The notes: a model not told the origin generated them from the letters alone. 60,898 nt of DNA from Lentisphaeria bacterium (GCA_015486135.1 WFSE01000044.1:1-60898); one strand, 5' to 3'. Shown: positions 1 through 9,026, counted from the first letter of the stretch. Made by a program: numbers and translations.

Positions 1-68
1 CCACCCCCCCCTCACGGGTTCAACCGCCCCAGGTCCAACCTCCTCCGCAATCCCCGGTTCCATCGCCC

Positions 69-1343
69 ATGGGAGCGGCATCCACGCCCGAGCAAGCACC
101 TCGGCGCCACACTGAGAAATCCTCGTCACCCAAGCGAACATTCACAATGTCCTCCAAAAAACCAACGGGAACGCATCCCGCGTCCCGCGGAAAGAGCACG
201 AAGTCCATGCCCTCCGCCCATAAACCCGGCGCACAAAAAAAGAAAGGCGGTGCTATCCAAAAGAAACGCCCCCAAGGCGCTTCCACGCAGGTGCGTTCCA
301 CCGTCAAACGCTCGGGGCAAACAACAACGGACGTGGCGGCTCTGCAAGCGCAGTTGGAAGCCGAACGACGCGCGCGGATGGAAGCCGAGAAAAAAGCCGC
401 TGAAGAAAAGGCGCGCCGGGCACAGTTGGCCTTGCAAAGGGAGCGCAAAAAACGCGAGGAAGTCGAAAAATTAGCGAAAGAGGCCGCGGAGAAAGCCGCC
501 AGGGAAGCGGCTAGACTCGCCGCTAAAGAAGCGGCAAAAGCGAAAGAACGGCAAAAAAGAGCCGTTGCCGCCGCTCATAACGCTGCGAAAAGCCAGTCGC
601 GAAGTGCGTCAGCACATGATGGCTCCCGTCCCGCCGAAAGCAAAACTGGAGCAAGAAAAAAGGCCCCCGCGGCGGGGCAACGCTCCCCCCATGAAAGCCA
701 AACCGGAACCACAAAAAAAACCACGCAACCAGGCTCCAAAAGCAAAAATGCGGAAAAAGGTAAAACCGCTGCGTCTGGACGGAAGCCAGCGGGAACCGCC
801 AGCCCAGGGGGTAAGCGCCCGCCGAACTCTTCCAAAACTCAGGGAAAATCTCCTGCAGCCACAGCTACTAAACCCAAAACTAAGACTCGCATAGGCTCCT
901 TGGTACTAGAAGACGAAGAGCTCCATCCGGAACTCCTGCGGATTCATCGCCAAAAAAAAATATTGGTACGAACTTTGGCTGGTGTGGCGGTGGGTGTCTC
1001 ACTCCTGATACTCCTCATCGCCATCCTCTTTGGTGGCGGCGGTTCCTCACGCAAACATTCCGCCCGTCCCCCCGCCACCCCCATGGGTACTTCCGCGGCG
1101 CCGCGTGTCGTAAATATCTCCGGAGGGAAACCAGTTTCATTCCTTTCCAGCGAATTCAAGTCGTTGAAAAGAAAAGCTAGAAAGGCGAGGGCGACCTCCG
1201 CGGAGGAATACGCCCAGCTTATACAAATGTGGCAAGATTTCATCGACAAACACAAAGACTCCCCGGACGACCCGAATATACAGGCGGCGAGAAAGCAGAT
1301 AAAACAGTTGCAAGAAGCCAAATCGCTCTACGAGATGAAATGA
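69..1343 (+). CDS. hypothetical single-pass membrane protein with long Lys/Ala/Glu-rich low-complexity N-terminal region
   Basis: 424-aa ORF. About 290 aa are basic and low-complexity with AEKKAAEEKARR-type coiled-coil-like stretches, followed by one hydrophobic helix (LAGVAVGVSLLILLIAILFGG) and a short C-terminal tail. The stop overlaps the next start (ATGA at 1340-1343). Start uncertain (alternative ATG at 147). Confidence 0.45.
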   Translation: MGAASTPEQAPRRHTEKSSSPKRTFTMSSKKPTGTHPASRGKSTKSMPSAHKPGAQKKKGGAIQKKRPQGASTQVRSTVKRSGQTTTDVAALQAQLEAERRARMEAEKKAAEEKARRAQLALQRERKKREEVEKLAKEAAEKAAREAARLAAKEAAKAKERQKRAVAAAHNAAKSQSRSASAHDGSRPAESKTGARKKAPAAGQRSPHESQTGTTKKTTQPGSKSKNAEKGKTAASGRKPAGTASPGGKRPPNSSKTQGKSPAATATKPKTKTRIGSLVLEDEELHPELLRIHRQKKILVRTLAGVAVGVSLLILLIAILFGGGGSSRKHSARPPATPMGTSAAPRVVNISGGKPVSFLSSEFKSLKRKARKARATSAEEYAQLIQMWQDFIDKHKDSPDDPNIQAARKQIKQLQEAKSLYEMK

Positions 1344-2314
1344 AAACATGGTTTAGACAAGTTTTCGCCATAGCTAAAAATTCATTCGCAGTGGTTGTTG
1401 GCGATCCCGTCACCCTGATAACGCACCTATTCATCGTTCTTGGCGCATTGGCGATCGCTTCGTTGCCAGGATTTTCATTGGGGGGACAGCTGAAATCCGT
1501 TTGGAACCAAGCCCTGGGACTTTCCTTTTTGGCGGGATGCCTCCTGGCTTCGGTTGGCGCCGCCAAGCTGGTTTCCGAAGATATACGCAAAGGTATGACT
1601 CCCACCATAATGAGCCGTCCCGTCTCTACCTCCGCCCTGTTGGGTGGCAAGTGGCTGGGGCTGGTAGTTGCCGAAGCGATGCTTTTCCTATCCGCGGCCG
1701 TGGTATGCCTTTGGGCATCCAGGCTCGTAAAAATCGAACACATGGTGGAAGTTCTGGGCCTTTGGGTCTATCTCGGAACGGTAGCGGCGGCTCTTTTAGC
1801 CACGGCCGCAATGCATTACATCCGGGGCGGCAACTATGTTTGGCAAGCGAACATCGCTTTATCGGCGTTTCTTATTCTTGCCTTCCTAGGATTGAACACA
1901 GTGGGCTACGAGGGTGCCAAGCAAGTGTCCTACGGCTCCACCGTCGCTTGGAACGTGGCCCCATCTTACCTGTATCTCTTCATGGCAACAACAATCTTTT
2001 CAGCCATAATTTGCGCCTTGGCGGTGGAAATGGATGTCGCCAGCGTATTAGCTTGCGCCGCTATAGTCTTTTTCGCGGGATTGTTTTCAGGCTACTTCCT
2101 CACGCTTCTCTTCCCCGCCGACACGGTTAAGGCGATATTCGCCGTTGTTATCCCCGATTGGCAAATTTATTGGACTACCGAAATGACCGGAAAATCGGTC
2201 CTCGCCACAGGATTTATGGCTCCTAGAGCTGTCAATGCGGCGCTACAGTCCATCCTATTTCTGGCTGTGGGCACAACCCTGTTCGAAAAACGGGAGATAT
2301 CCGGAAGCGTCTAG
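1340..2314 (+). CDS. ABC-2-type transporter permease-like polytopic membrane protein
   Basis: Start moved to the internal ATG at 1340, which overlaps the upstream stop. There are multiple TM helices. The motif SEDIRKGMTPTIMSRPVSTSALLGGKWLG resembles the E..GT...L...P.SR...LGK signature of ABC-2/NosY-like permeases. No ATPase partner is present in the window. Confidence 0.55.
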   Translation: MKTWFRQVFAIAKNSFAVVVGDPVTLITHLFIVLGALAIASLPGFSLGGQLKSVWNQALGLSFLAGCLLASVGAAKLVSEDIRKGMTPTIMSRPVSTSALLGGKWLGLVVAEAMLFLSAAVVCLWASRLVKIEHMVEVLGLWVYLGTVAAALLATAAMHYIRGGNYVWQANIALSAFLILAFLGLNTVGYEGAKQVSYGSTVAWNVAPSYLYLFMATTIFSAIICALAVEMDVASVLACAAIVFFAGLFSGYFLTLLFPADTVKAIFAVVIPDWQIYWTTEMTGKSVLATGFMAPRAVNAALQSILFLAVGTTLFEKREISGSV

Positions 2315-2387
2315 GCCCGATTATCTACTCCACCCTACCCCGCGTGACACTGGATAATCTCGATCGATTCCCAACTGGAGAAAGATC

Positions 2388-3146
2388 ATGAACGCTGACA
2401 ACGGCAAACGGCTTATGCTTACCGTGGCTTATGACGGCTCTGACTTCTCGGGTTGGCAGGTGCAACCAGATAAGCGAACAATTCAAGGCTCCCTGGAGGA
2501 CGCACTGTCACGATTGTACGTTAACCAGATCGTACGCATACACGCCAGTGGTAGAACGGACGCAGGTGTCCACGCCTTGGCTCAAACCGCCACTTTCGAC
2601 CCCCCGGACCGGCCAAACATCCCCTTGGACAATCTCAAGCGCGCTCTGAACCATATTCTCCCCACAACCATACTTGTCAGAGAAATAAAAAAGGTCCCAT
2701 CCTCGTTCCACGCCAGATTCTCGGCCGTAGGTAAAATATACACATACAACATCAACCGCGGCGAAAACCTCCCGCTAATAGCCAGATGGGCTTGGCACAA
2801 GCCCGACGCACCAGCAGCTACGGCAATATGCGATTCGGCGGCCCCCCTCATAGGCACGCACGATTTCAAATCCTTCGCCACGCGTGGAAAGGATGTCGAT
2901 AATACCACTAGAACAATATACGGCATTAATGTCAAAGAGGAGGGAAACTTGCTGAAAATATCCTTCCACGGATCGGGATTCCTATACAGAATGGTGCGAA
3001 GCATTGTGGGTGTCCTAGTGCCCGTTTCCGGAAACCACATTGGCCCTGCCGAGGTGCGAAGAATCCTCGATGCCAAAGATCGCTCCGTGGCACCAGAATG
3101 CGCACCCCCGAACGGACTTTCCTTAACAAAAGTAATCTACGACTAA
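2388..3146 (+). CDS. truA: tRNA pseudouridine(38-40) synthase TruA
   Basis: N-terminus LTVAYDGSDFSGWQVQP and catalytic GRTDAGVHA motif; 252 aa, the usual TruA size. Confidence 0.9.
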   Translation: MNADNGKRLMLTVAYDGSDFSGWQVQPDKRTIQGSLEDALSRLYVNQIVRIHASGRTDAGVHALAQTATFDPPDRPNIPLDNLKRALNHILPTTILVREIKKVPSSFHARFSAVGKIYTYNINRGENLPLIARWAWHKPDAPAATAICDSAAPLIGTHDFKSFATRGKDVDNTTRTIYGINVKEEGNLLKISFHGSGFLYRMVRSIVGVLVPVSGNHIGPAEVRRILDAKDRSVAPECAPPNGLSLTKVIYD

Positions 3147-3210
3147 TGGCTTGTGTTTTATAATCTGCGAATTCCGCAAGACAATCTATTCCTCGCAAAG
3201 ACGCAAAATA

Positions 3211-5505
3211 TCAAGGCGCTCTATCTTTAATCCGTCGTCTGATAATGCCCGCGCGTTTCAGGGCTATGGGGAAGGCAGCCAAGGCAATACCGCAGGCGGC
3301 CAGCCAAGGCAGTGCCCCGGCCGGGTCTTCGAGCAAGCGGCTGGCCTGATAGAACATGGTCGCCACGACCCAGGCCAAACCCGTTAGATATCCAACGGAG
3401 AAAACAGCCCATTTCCAATTGGTTTCCCTGTAGATAGCCGCTATGACCGATACGCAGGGAATATAGATTAAAACGAAAAGGAGATACGCTATGACCGCGG
3501 CTTTGTCGGGAAACCTCGAGCGGAGTTCGCGAATGACGTTTCCTTGTGGCCGAGCGTCCGTCTCCGTATTGTCGGCCGCGACGATCTTGTGGAATCCCAG
3601 CGGGTCGAAGATGGAGCCCCAAAATCCCTGGAATCCCTTCGGAATCGCCATAAACGCCTCCGCCACCTCTTTTTTCAAGCTTGGTGGTTCCGCGCCGTTT
3701 TCCCCCGTTTCCATGGAGTAGATTGAGCTGATTGTGCCGACAACCGCTTCTTTGGCGAATATCCCTGCGAAGAGGCCCACGACCGCCGGCCAGTTGTTGT
3801 CGGTGATGCCCATTGGATGGAATATCGGAGTAGCCTTTTTACCCACCTGGCTCAAAATAGATTTCTCCGGATTGTTGCCGGAAAGGGAGCCATCGGTGCT
3901 GACAGCGTTGAGAACGCCAAGCACGGCTACGACCAGGACTATCACTTTTCCCGCTCGAATCAGAAAGCATTTGAGTCTATGCCAGGTATGGGACAAGACA
4001 CCGTTGACCGTTGGCACGTGGTATGGGGGCAGTTCCATAACGAAGGTCGACGCTTCGCCTTGGAGTATGGTTTTTCCGAAAAGGAGCCCCATGAGGACAG
4101 CCAAGGCGATTCCCGTGAAATAGATTCCGAATAGCATCAGCGCCGCATCGTGTTTGAAAAACGCCGCCGCGAAGAGCGCGTAGACCGGCAGTCTGGCGCC
4201 GCATGAGATCAGCGGGTTGATGAGGATGGAAAGTATGCGGTCGCGGTCGCTTTCGAGTGTCCGCGTGGCGAGTATGCCCGGCACATTGCAGCCTAGTCCG
4301 ACCAACATGGGGATAAACGCCTTTCCAGGCAGGCCAATCGCCCGGAGAAAGCGGTCCATGACAAACGACGCCCGCGCCATATACCCGGAGTCCTCGAGTA
4401 TCGACAGAAAAAGAAATATCAGACCAATGGGGGGGATAAAGGTGGCGACCGTCCTTATCCCACCGCCTACGCCGTCGGATAGGAACGCCGTCAGGAAGGG
4501 CGGGGTTCCCCAGGATTCCAAAAGATGCCCCAATCCATCGACGAATATCGCACCACATAATTTGTCGAAAAAATCTATGAATGGCGCTCCGATATTCATT
4601 GTCAACGAGAACATCATGAACATCACCGTCAGGAATATCGGGATTCCGACGATGCGGTTGAGCACGATTTTGTCGATGGCGTCCGTGGCGGAGTGTGCCA
4701 TCTGCGCGCTTCTGTCAATCACGTCTTTAGCGAGGCCGTGGATGAATCCGTAGCGGCCGTCGGCGACCGCGATATCCGCGTCGTCCCCGGTATGCCGTTG
4801 GATTTTAGCCGATTCTTTTTGCACGAGGTCGTCGAAGGCGTTTTTCGTTATCTCGATGGCGAGTTCGTCCCCCTCGAGGAGTTTCACCGCCAACCACCTA
4901 GCGTCGACGCCGGCCTTGTCCGCGACATCCGCGGCGGCCGCGGATATCGCGGAAATGGCTTCCTCCACGGGAAGGTCGTATTCGACTTTCGCCTTTGATG
5001 GCTTCCGTCCGTCGGCCGCCTCGTCAATGGCGGAAAGGAGCTTGTCCAGACCCTCGCCTTTGTTCGCCACGATGGGAATCACCGGGCAGTCCAGGTGCTT
5101 GGCTAGATGCTCGACCTCTATTTTTATTTTTTGCCGCCGGGCTACATCCATCATGTTCAACGCCACGACAAGGGGGACTTTCATCTCTAGCAACTGCGTG
5201 GTCAGATAGAGGTTTCTTTCCAGATTTGTGGCATCGACGATGTTGACCACCAGATCCGGCTTTTCGTTGAGGATGAACTCCCGGGATACCTTCTCGTCCA
5301 GAGAGTAGGCGGAGAATGAGTATATGCCTGGCAGGTCCACGACGTTATAATCTGCGCCGCCATGTGAATATGCGCCCTCTACGCGCTCGACGGTCACGCC
5401 GGGCCAGTTGCCGACGCGTTGGTTGGCGCCGGTGAGGGCGTTGAACAGCGTGGTTTTTCCGCTGTTGGGATTGCCCGCCAATGCTATTGTGTGTTTTTTG
5501 CCCAT
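3211..5505 (-). CDS. feoB: ferrous iron transporter FeoB
   Basis: N-terminal G-domain (IALAGNPNSGKTTLFNALTG, DLPG) followed by a large polytopic membrane domain; 764 aa; directly downstream of feoA. Confidence 0.95.
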   Translation of the reverse strand: MGKKHTIALAGNPNSGKTTLFNALTGANQRVGNWPGVTVERVEGAYSHGGADYNVVDLPGIYSFSAYSLDEKVSREFILNEKPDLVVNIVDATNLERNLYLTTQLLEMKVPLVVALNMMDVARRQKIKIEVEHLAKHLDCPVIPIVANKGEGLDKLLSAIDEAADGRKPSKAKVEYDLPVEEAISAISAAAADVADKAGVDARWLAVKLLEGDELAIEITKNAFDDLVQKESAKIQRHTGDDADIAVADGRYGFIHGLAKDVIDRSAQMAHSATDAIDKIVLNRIVGIPIFLTVMFMMFSLTMNIGAPFIDFFDKLCGAIFVDGLGHLLESWGTPPFLTAFLSDGVGGGIRTVATFIPPIGLIFLFLSILEDSGYMARASFVMDRFLRAIGLPGKAFIPMLVGLGCNVPGILATRTLESDRDRILSILINPLISCGARLPVYALFAAAFFKHDAALMLFGIYFTGIALAVLMGLLFGKTILQGEASTFVMELPPYHVPTVNGVLSHTWHRLKCFLIRAGKVIVLVVAVLGVLNAVSTDGSLSGNNPEKSILSQVGKKATPIFHPMGITDNNWPAVVGLFAGIFAKEAVVGTISSIYSMETGENGAEPPSLKKEVAEAFMAIPKGFQGFWGSIFDPLGFHKIVAADNTETDARPQGNVIRELRSRFPDKAAVIAYLLFVLIYIPCVSVIAAIYRETNWKWAVFSVGYLTGLAWVVATMFYQASRLLEDPAGALPWLAACGIALAAFPIALKRAGIIRRRIKDRAP

Positions 5506-5525
5506 TAGTGTGCTTGTTGACTCAA

Positions 5526-5545
5526 GTCAGAAGTGCTGGTCCCGG
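5526..5545. repeat. short interspersed motif GTCAGAAGTGCTGGTCCCG (family E) in the feoA-feoB spacer
   Basis: The same string recurs at 18377-18395, degenerate at 26426-26446, and reverse-complemented at 60357-60381. Confidence 0.7.
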
Positions 5546-5557
5546 CTCTGGTGTGAT

Positions 5558-5788
5558 TTATTCCGCTTTCTCCACGCGTAGGGCGGCCGCCTCGTCGCCA
5601 CGTAGACTCAGATTGAACGAGCCGAGGCGGACTTCTATGGGGTCGCCTAACGGTGCCCGCCGGACAATCTCGAATTCGGTGCCCTTAACCAGTCCCATTG
5701 AGAGAAGCTTTTGGCGGTATCCACCGCCGCCAGACTCATATCCGACCACCTTCAATCGGTCTCCAACCTCGAAATCTTTTACGCCCAT
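5558..5788 (-). CDS. feoA: FeoA family iron transport protein
   Basis: 76-aa SH3-like FeoA pattern (VGDRLKVVGY...LLSMGLVKGTEFEIVRRAPLGDPIEV); GGAGA RBS 6 nt upstream; precedes feoB. Confidence 0.85.
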   Translation of the reverse strand: MGVKDFEVGDRLKVVGYESGGGGYRQKLLSMGLVKGTEFEIVRRAPLGDPIEVRLGSFNLSLRGDEAAALRVEKAE

Positions 5789-5837
5789 GTCAATTCTCCG
5801 ATTCGATCGAGGCGCTTAGCGCCGTTCGTCAAGGCTC

Positions 5838-5865
5838 AAATTAGGGAGCCCTAATTCATTGTCAA
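5838..5865 (-). promoter_or_regulatory. candidate feoAB promoter (TTGACA-16-TAATTT) overlapped by perfect palindrome AATTAGGG-AG-CCCTAATT
   Basis: Read on the minus strand, the -35 TTGACA lies at 5865-5860, the palindrome at 5856-5839 and the -10-like TAATTT at 5843-5838, about 50 nt upstream of the feoA ATG. The half-sites TTAGG/CCTAA resemble DtxR/IdeR-type iron boxes. Confidence 0.3.
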
Positions 5866-5918
5866 GTCCCTCTGGCGCGAATTCCGCGGAATTTTGGATG
5901 TTTGGGGTTGATTACGAA

Positions 5919-5973
5919 CCGTGAGTCCGTGAGTCCGTGAGTCCGTGAGTCCGTGAGTCCGTGAGTCCGTGAG
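5919..5973. repeat. tandem octamer repeat (CCGTGAGT) x ~6.9
   Basis: Directly visible perfect tandem array, followed by (GGGGGACA)x2. Confidence 0.95.
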
Positions 5974-6606
5974 ACGGGGGACAGGGGGACAGCAACGAAT
6001 TTTTACGAATAGTTTTTTGCCTCACGGAGACGCGGAGAACGCGGAGAAAGAGATGGGAGAGGTTTTTACCATGTAGGGAATGTAGGATTTATAGATAAGA
6101 AGAGAGTCCACGAAATACACGAAAAACACGAAAAAGAAAGGTCAGGGATGGGGAATGCTGATGATCGCACTGGCTTTTCTTCTGTACAAGCCTTTTTCAG
6201 CTCCGTCCTCGGAGGTGGAAAAACTTCGTGAGCTTCGTGATCTCTGTGGTTAAAAAAAGTATTGAAAAAACTCCGGAAACACATACGAAAATAGCTTGGC
6301 GCACAATGCCAATGTTGTGGCCTGCGGGGCCGTGTTTTTAAGATTATCTCACCACGGAGCGCACGAAGTTCACGAAGATGCCGTTTCCGCGTGCGCGGAA
6401 CCGGCATGTTTGTGGGAAGAAAAGATAAACTCTGCGTCCTTTGCTTCTCTGCGAGGAAAAACCTTCGATATTATCGATAATGTCGACACGATCGATAATA
6501 CCGATTTATCCTTCGAAACACGAACGCATGCGCCCCAGCGAAGCGAAGGGCTCTTTAAAGACACACGAACGTGTGCGTCTCTGCGAGGAAAAAGGTTCGC
6601 GCATTA
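5974..6606. repeat. repeat-dense non-coding spacer upstream of feoAB
   Basis: Short reiterated words occur throughout: GCGGAGA x2 at 6030-6050, ACACGAAA x3 at 6109-6136, CTTCGTGA x2 at 6224-6240 and CACGAAG x2 at 6361-6377. TCTCTGCGAGGAAAAA is a direct repeat at 6446 and 6578. Family-C motifs lie at 6491-6532 and 6553-6579. ORFs here have non-protein-like composition. Confidence 0.6.
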
Positions 6607-7890
6607 TTAAGCCAGTTCCAAGGCTTTTTTCAGGAGCGGGATAATTTTTTCGACATCCCCGGCGCCGAGCACGGCCAATGCTGCTGGCGTTTTAACGGAT
6701 TTCTCGATTTCCGCGGCCATTGCGGGCCAATCCCCCCTCAGCGCCACGGCGGACAGTCCTATGGCGTCCGCGAGATCCACCGCCGTTGCTCCTCCTGTTC
6801 CGGTCCACGCTGCGAATACAGGAAGCACGAACACTTTCTCGGCGGTGCGCAATTCGCGGGCGAAGCCATCCAAGTGCTCGGCCAGTCTAGCCGAACGATG
6901 GGGTTGGAAAACCACGGTCAACGGCAGATTCGGCCATCTTTCGCCGATGGCGTTTAGAGCCGCCGCTACTTCCGCGGGATGGTGTGCGTAGTCCTCGATT
7001 AATTTGCGGTTTGGAAGATCAACATGCAACGCCATTCGGCGTGCGACTCCCCGAAAGGTCCTTGCGATTATGGCGGCCTCCGAGCGTTTTATTCCCAGCT
7101 TGGCGGCGCCCTCCACTGCGAGACACGCGTTCCACTTCTGGAAAGCTCCCCATTCAGCCATATCGTCGAACTCCCGTTCGGCGGCGTTCTTGTCCAATGC
7201 CATTGATTGGGTGGCGGCCCCCGCCACGTGCTCATCGCCAGGAAAAGGATAATAGACAACCATCTGCGATTGTCTCGCTTGTTCCGCGAAATTAGCGAGC
7301 AATCCCCTGCGGCCCCCGAAGTTCCATGCATGGTCGTCATCCACCCCGGTTAGCAACAAAACGTCCGATTCAAGCAAGGTGTTTGTCCCATCGCTTTCGT
7401 CCGATTCCGCCACAAAAACAGCCTCGGCTCCCGCGTCCGCCGGACGGCTCCAGCCAATTACTTTTCCACCTATGGCAAATCCTGGTTTGGCTCCCGCGTT
7501 TTTTAATATATGGGTCAATATCGCTGAAACGGAGGTTTTCCCATGCGATCCGGCTACTGCCGCCACGCGCCCGTATTTCTCCGCCAATTCCGACAGGAAT
7601 TCCCCACGGCGAACCACGCGCCACCCTCGGCGGCGGGCGGCCATCACCTCGGGATTGTCATCGGGCACCGCCGAGGAGCGGACCAGCGTCCCCATGCCCT
7701 CCGGCAGATTTGCCTCGGAATGTCCTATCACCACCGGGACACCTGTTGCTGCAAGCAACCGCGTGTTGGCGTTTTCCGTCATATCGGATCCGGAAACCGC
7801 CGCTCCCCGGTCCAACGCTACGAGAGCTAGGCACACCATTCCCGCACCGCCGCATCCCGTGAAATGAAGCTGCGCCAGGTTATCGATCAT
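6607..7890 (-). CDS. Mur ligase family protein (MurC / Mpl-like UDP-N-acetylmuramate ligase)
   Basis: N-terminal Rossmann-like HFTGCGGAGM...VSGSD, ATP-binding AVAGSHGKTSVSAIL and GFAIGG motifs. At 427 aa it is short for MurC. It is not in a dcw cluster, so MurC and Mpl cannot be told apart by eye. Confidence 0.8.
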   Translation of the reverse strand: MIDNLAQLHFTGCGGAGMVCLALVALDRGAAVSGSDMTENANTRLLAATGVPVVIGHSEANLPEGMGTLVRSSAVPDDNPEVMAARRRGWRVVRRGEFLSELAEKYGRVAAVAGSHGKTSVSAILTHILKNAGAKPGFAIGGKVIGWSRPADAGAEAVFVAESDESDGTNTLLESDVLLLTGVDDDHAWNFGGRRGLLANFAEQARQSQMVVYYPFPGDEHVAGAATQSMALDKNAAEREFDDMAEWGAFQKWNACLAVEGAAKLGIKRSEAAIIARTFRGVARRMALHVDLPNRKLIEDYAHHPAEVAAALNAIGERWPNLPLTVVFQPHRSARLAEHLDGFARELRTAEKVFVLPVFAAWTGTGGATAVDLADAIGLSAVALRGDWPAMAAEIEKSVKTPAALAVLGAGDVEKIIPLLKKALELA

Positions 7891-9026
7891 TTTCCCTCTT
7901 TGGCTGGTTTTTTACCCGCATCTTGAGTCTCTTTCAACTCCGCCTTTTTCCCTTCGGCGTTAGCGGCCTCGAAAATAGCGAACAACGCCTTCATTCCGCC
8001 GTGATCGAACATCTTTTTAACATACCTGTAGCCATCGCCGTAAACGGGGTCCGGGTTCATTTCCAATCTCTTGTTCAGTTTATCCTGCTTGTAGAGAATA
8101 TTAATCCGTGACGCCACGAACTCCGCCCATCCCTCCTTTAATTTCGGGTCGCGGATATGGGGGTAGTGTCCCTCCATCCAATCGTGTCCTAATTCGTGTC
8201 CCGCGACCTCCCGCAATTTCCACACGGGGGTGCCGTAAAGGAAAAATATGTCGAAGTGCCGTTCCTTAACCTCGCTCCGGGTCCGGGAAGAGATTTCGAC
8301 ACCTCCAAGAACTCTTTTCACCGTGGTCTTCTCAATTTTGAACGCGCAACAGAAGAGCCCCATTTCCCGTCCGGCGTGCTTCTTCATATCTTTGTCCAGT
8401 TCGGGTTGGCTGACGAGATGGTACAGGATCTCGTGTTTGGTCGATAGAGATAGCTTGTCGAGCATCAATTTTCTGACCGCCTCCGCGATTTCCGCGGCCT
8501 TTTCCGATTTCATCACCGCCACGTTCGCGCATTTTGCGCACAAAACCCGTCCGTCCGCCAAACGCACGCTAGCAGGCATTCCGCAAGCGAAGCACTTTGG
8601 CTTTTTCGCGCATTTCGCGCAAATAAACTTGCGCTCCCAGCCTCTCCGTACCCCTTTGGGTGCCCTACGGCCACAAGCCACGCATACGGGCCAAGTCTTG
8701 GAAAGACATTTTTTGGAGCAGTAATGCTTGCCGTCCGGCGTGGTTATCGTGGCGGGCTTGCCGCAAATAGCGCATTTGGGCAGAATACTATCGAGGCATT
8801 TTCGCGAGCAATAAGCCTTTCCTTTGTACTTGATGTACTTGCCTTTTATTTTTCGCCCGCACGCGGCGCATCTCAATGTCTGGCCGGCGCGCGCTTTCAA
8901 TCCAACTAGGGAATCCAATGCGGGAAAAGGCCCCGATAAAAAGGCGGCCACCGCCAGCAGCGTCAAAATCACTAGGCGGGTGACGGGAAAAGCGCGGCAA
9001 CAAGCATATTTCCGACATTTCGACAT
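7887..9026 (-). CDS. membrane-anchored protein with four tandem CxxC...CxxC zinc ribbons (LIM-like) and C-terminal DA1-like HExxH metallopeptidase domain
   Basis: Start set at the ATG at 9026, with a GGGAGG RBS 5 nt upstream. One N-terminal TM helix is followed by four repeats of CxxCG-x13-17-CxxC. The C-terminal IFFLYGTPVWKLREVAGHELGHDWMEGHYPHIRDPKLKEGWAEFVASRI parallels the plant DA1 peptidase core (LYGLPRLLTG.ILAHE.MHAWL...EEGICQV). The stop overlaps the Mur ligase start (ATGA on the minus strand at 7890-7887). Confidence 0.6.
   Translation of the reverse strand: MSKCRKYACCRAFPVTRLVILTLLAVAAFLSGPFPALDSLVGLKARAGQTLRCAACGRKIKGKYIKYKGKAYCSRKCLDSILPKCAICGKPATITTPDGKHYCSKKCLSKTWPVCVACGRRAPKGVRRGWERKFICAKCAKKPKCFACGMPASVRLADGRVLCAKCANVAVMKSEKAAEIAEAVRKLMLDKLSLSTKHEILYHLVSQPELDKDMKKHAGREMGLFCCAFKIEKTTVKRVLGGVEISSRTRSEVKERHFDIFFLYGTPVWKLREVAGHELGHDWMEGHYPHIRDPKLKEGWAEFVASRINILYKQDKLNKRLEMNPDPVYGDGYRYVKKMFDHGGMKALFAIFEAANAEGKKAELKETQDAGKKPAKEGK

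Noticed and set aside
1-40. tRNA-like GGTTCAACC T-loop motif at the left edge
   Set aside because: The flanking bases (ACGGG / GCCCC) cannot form the T-stem, and no acceptor or anticodon arms are evident.
6468-6505. Fur-box-like ATTATCGATAAT / GATAAT hexamers upstream of feoAB
   Set aside because: The same string with its flanks (ATCGATA.TACCGATTTAT..TT..AAACA..CGAACG.ATG.G) recurs at 44822-44883 next to hppA. It is therefore part of the family-C interspersed repeat rather than a dedicated operator. It also lies about 700 nt from the feoA start.
5880-6606. Possible CRISPR array or coding ORFs (for example 6066-6407 and 6296-6610)
   Set aside because: The repeat units are only 7-8 nt and are directly tandem, with no spacers of CRISPR size. 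The ORF translations are low-complexity and overlap on both strands.
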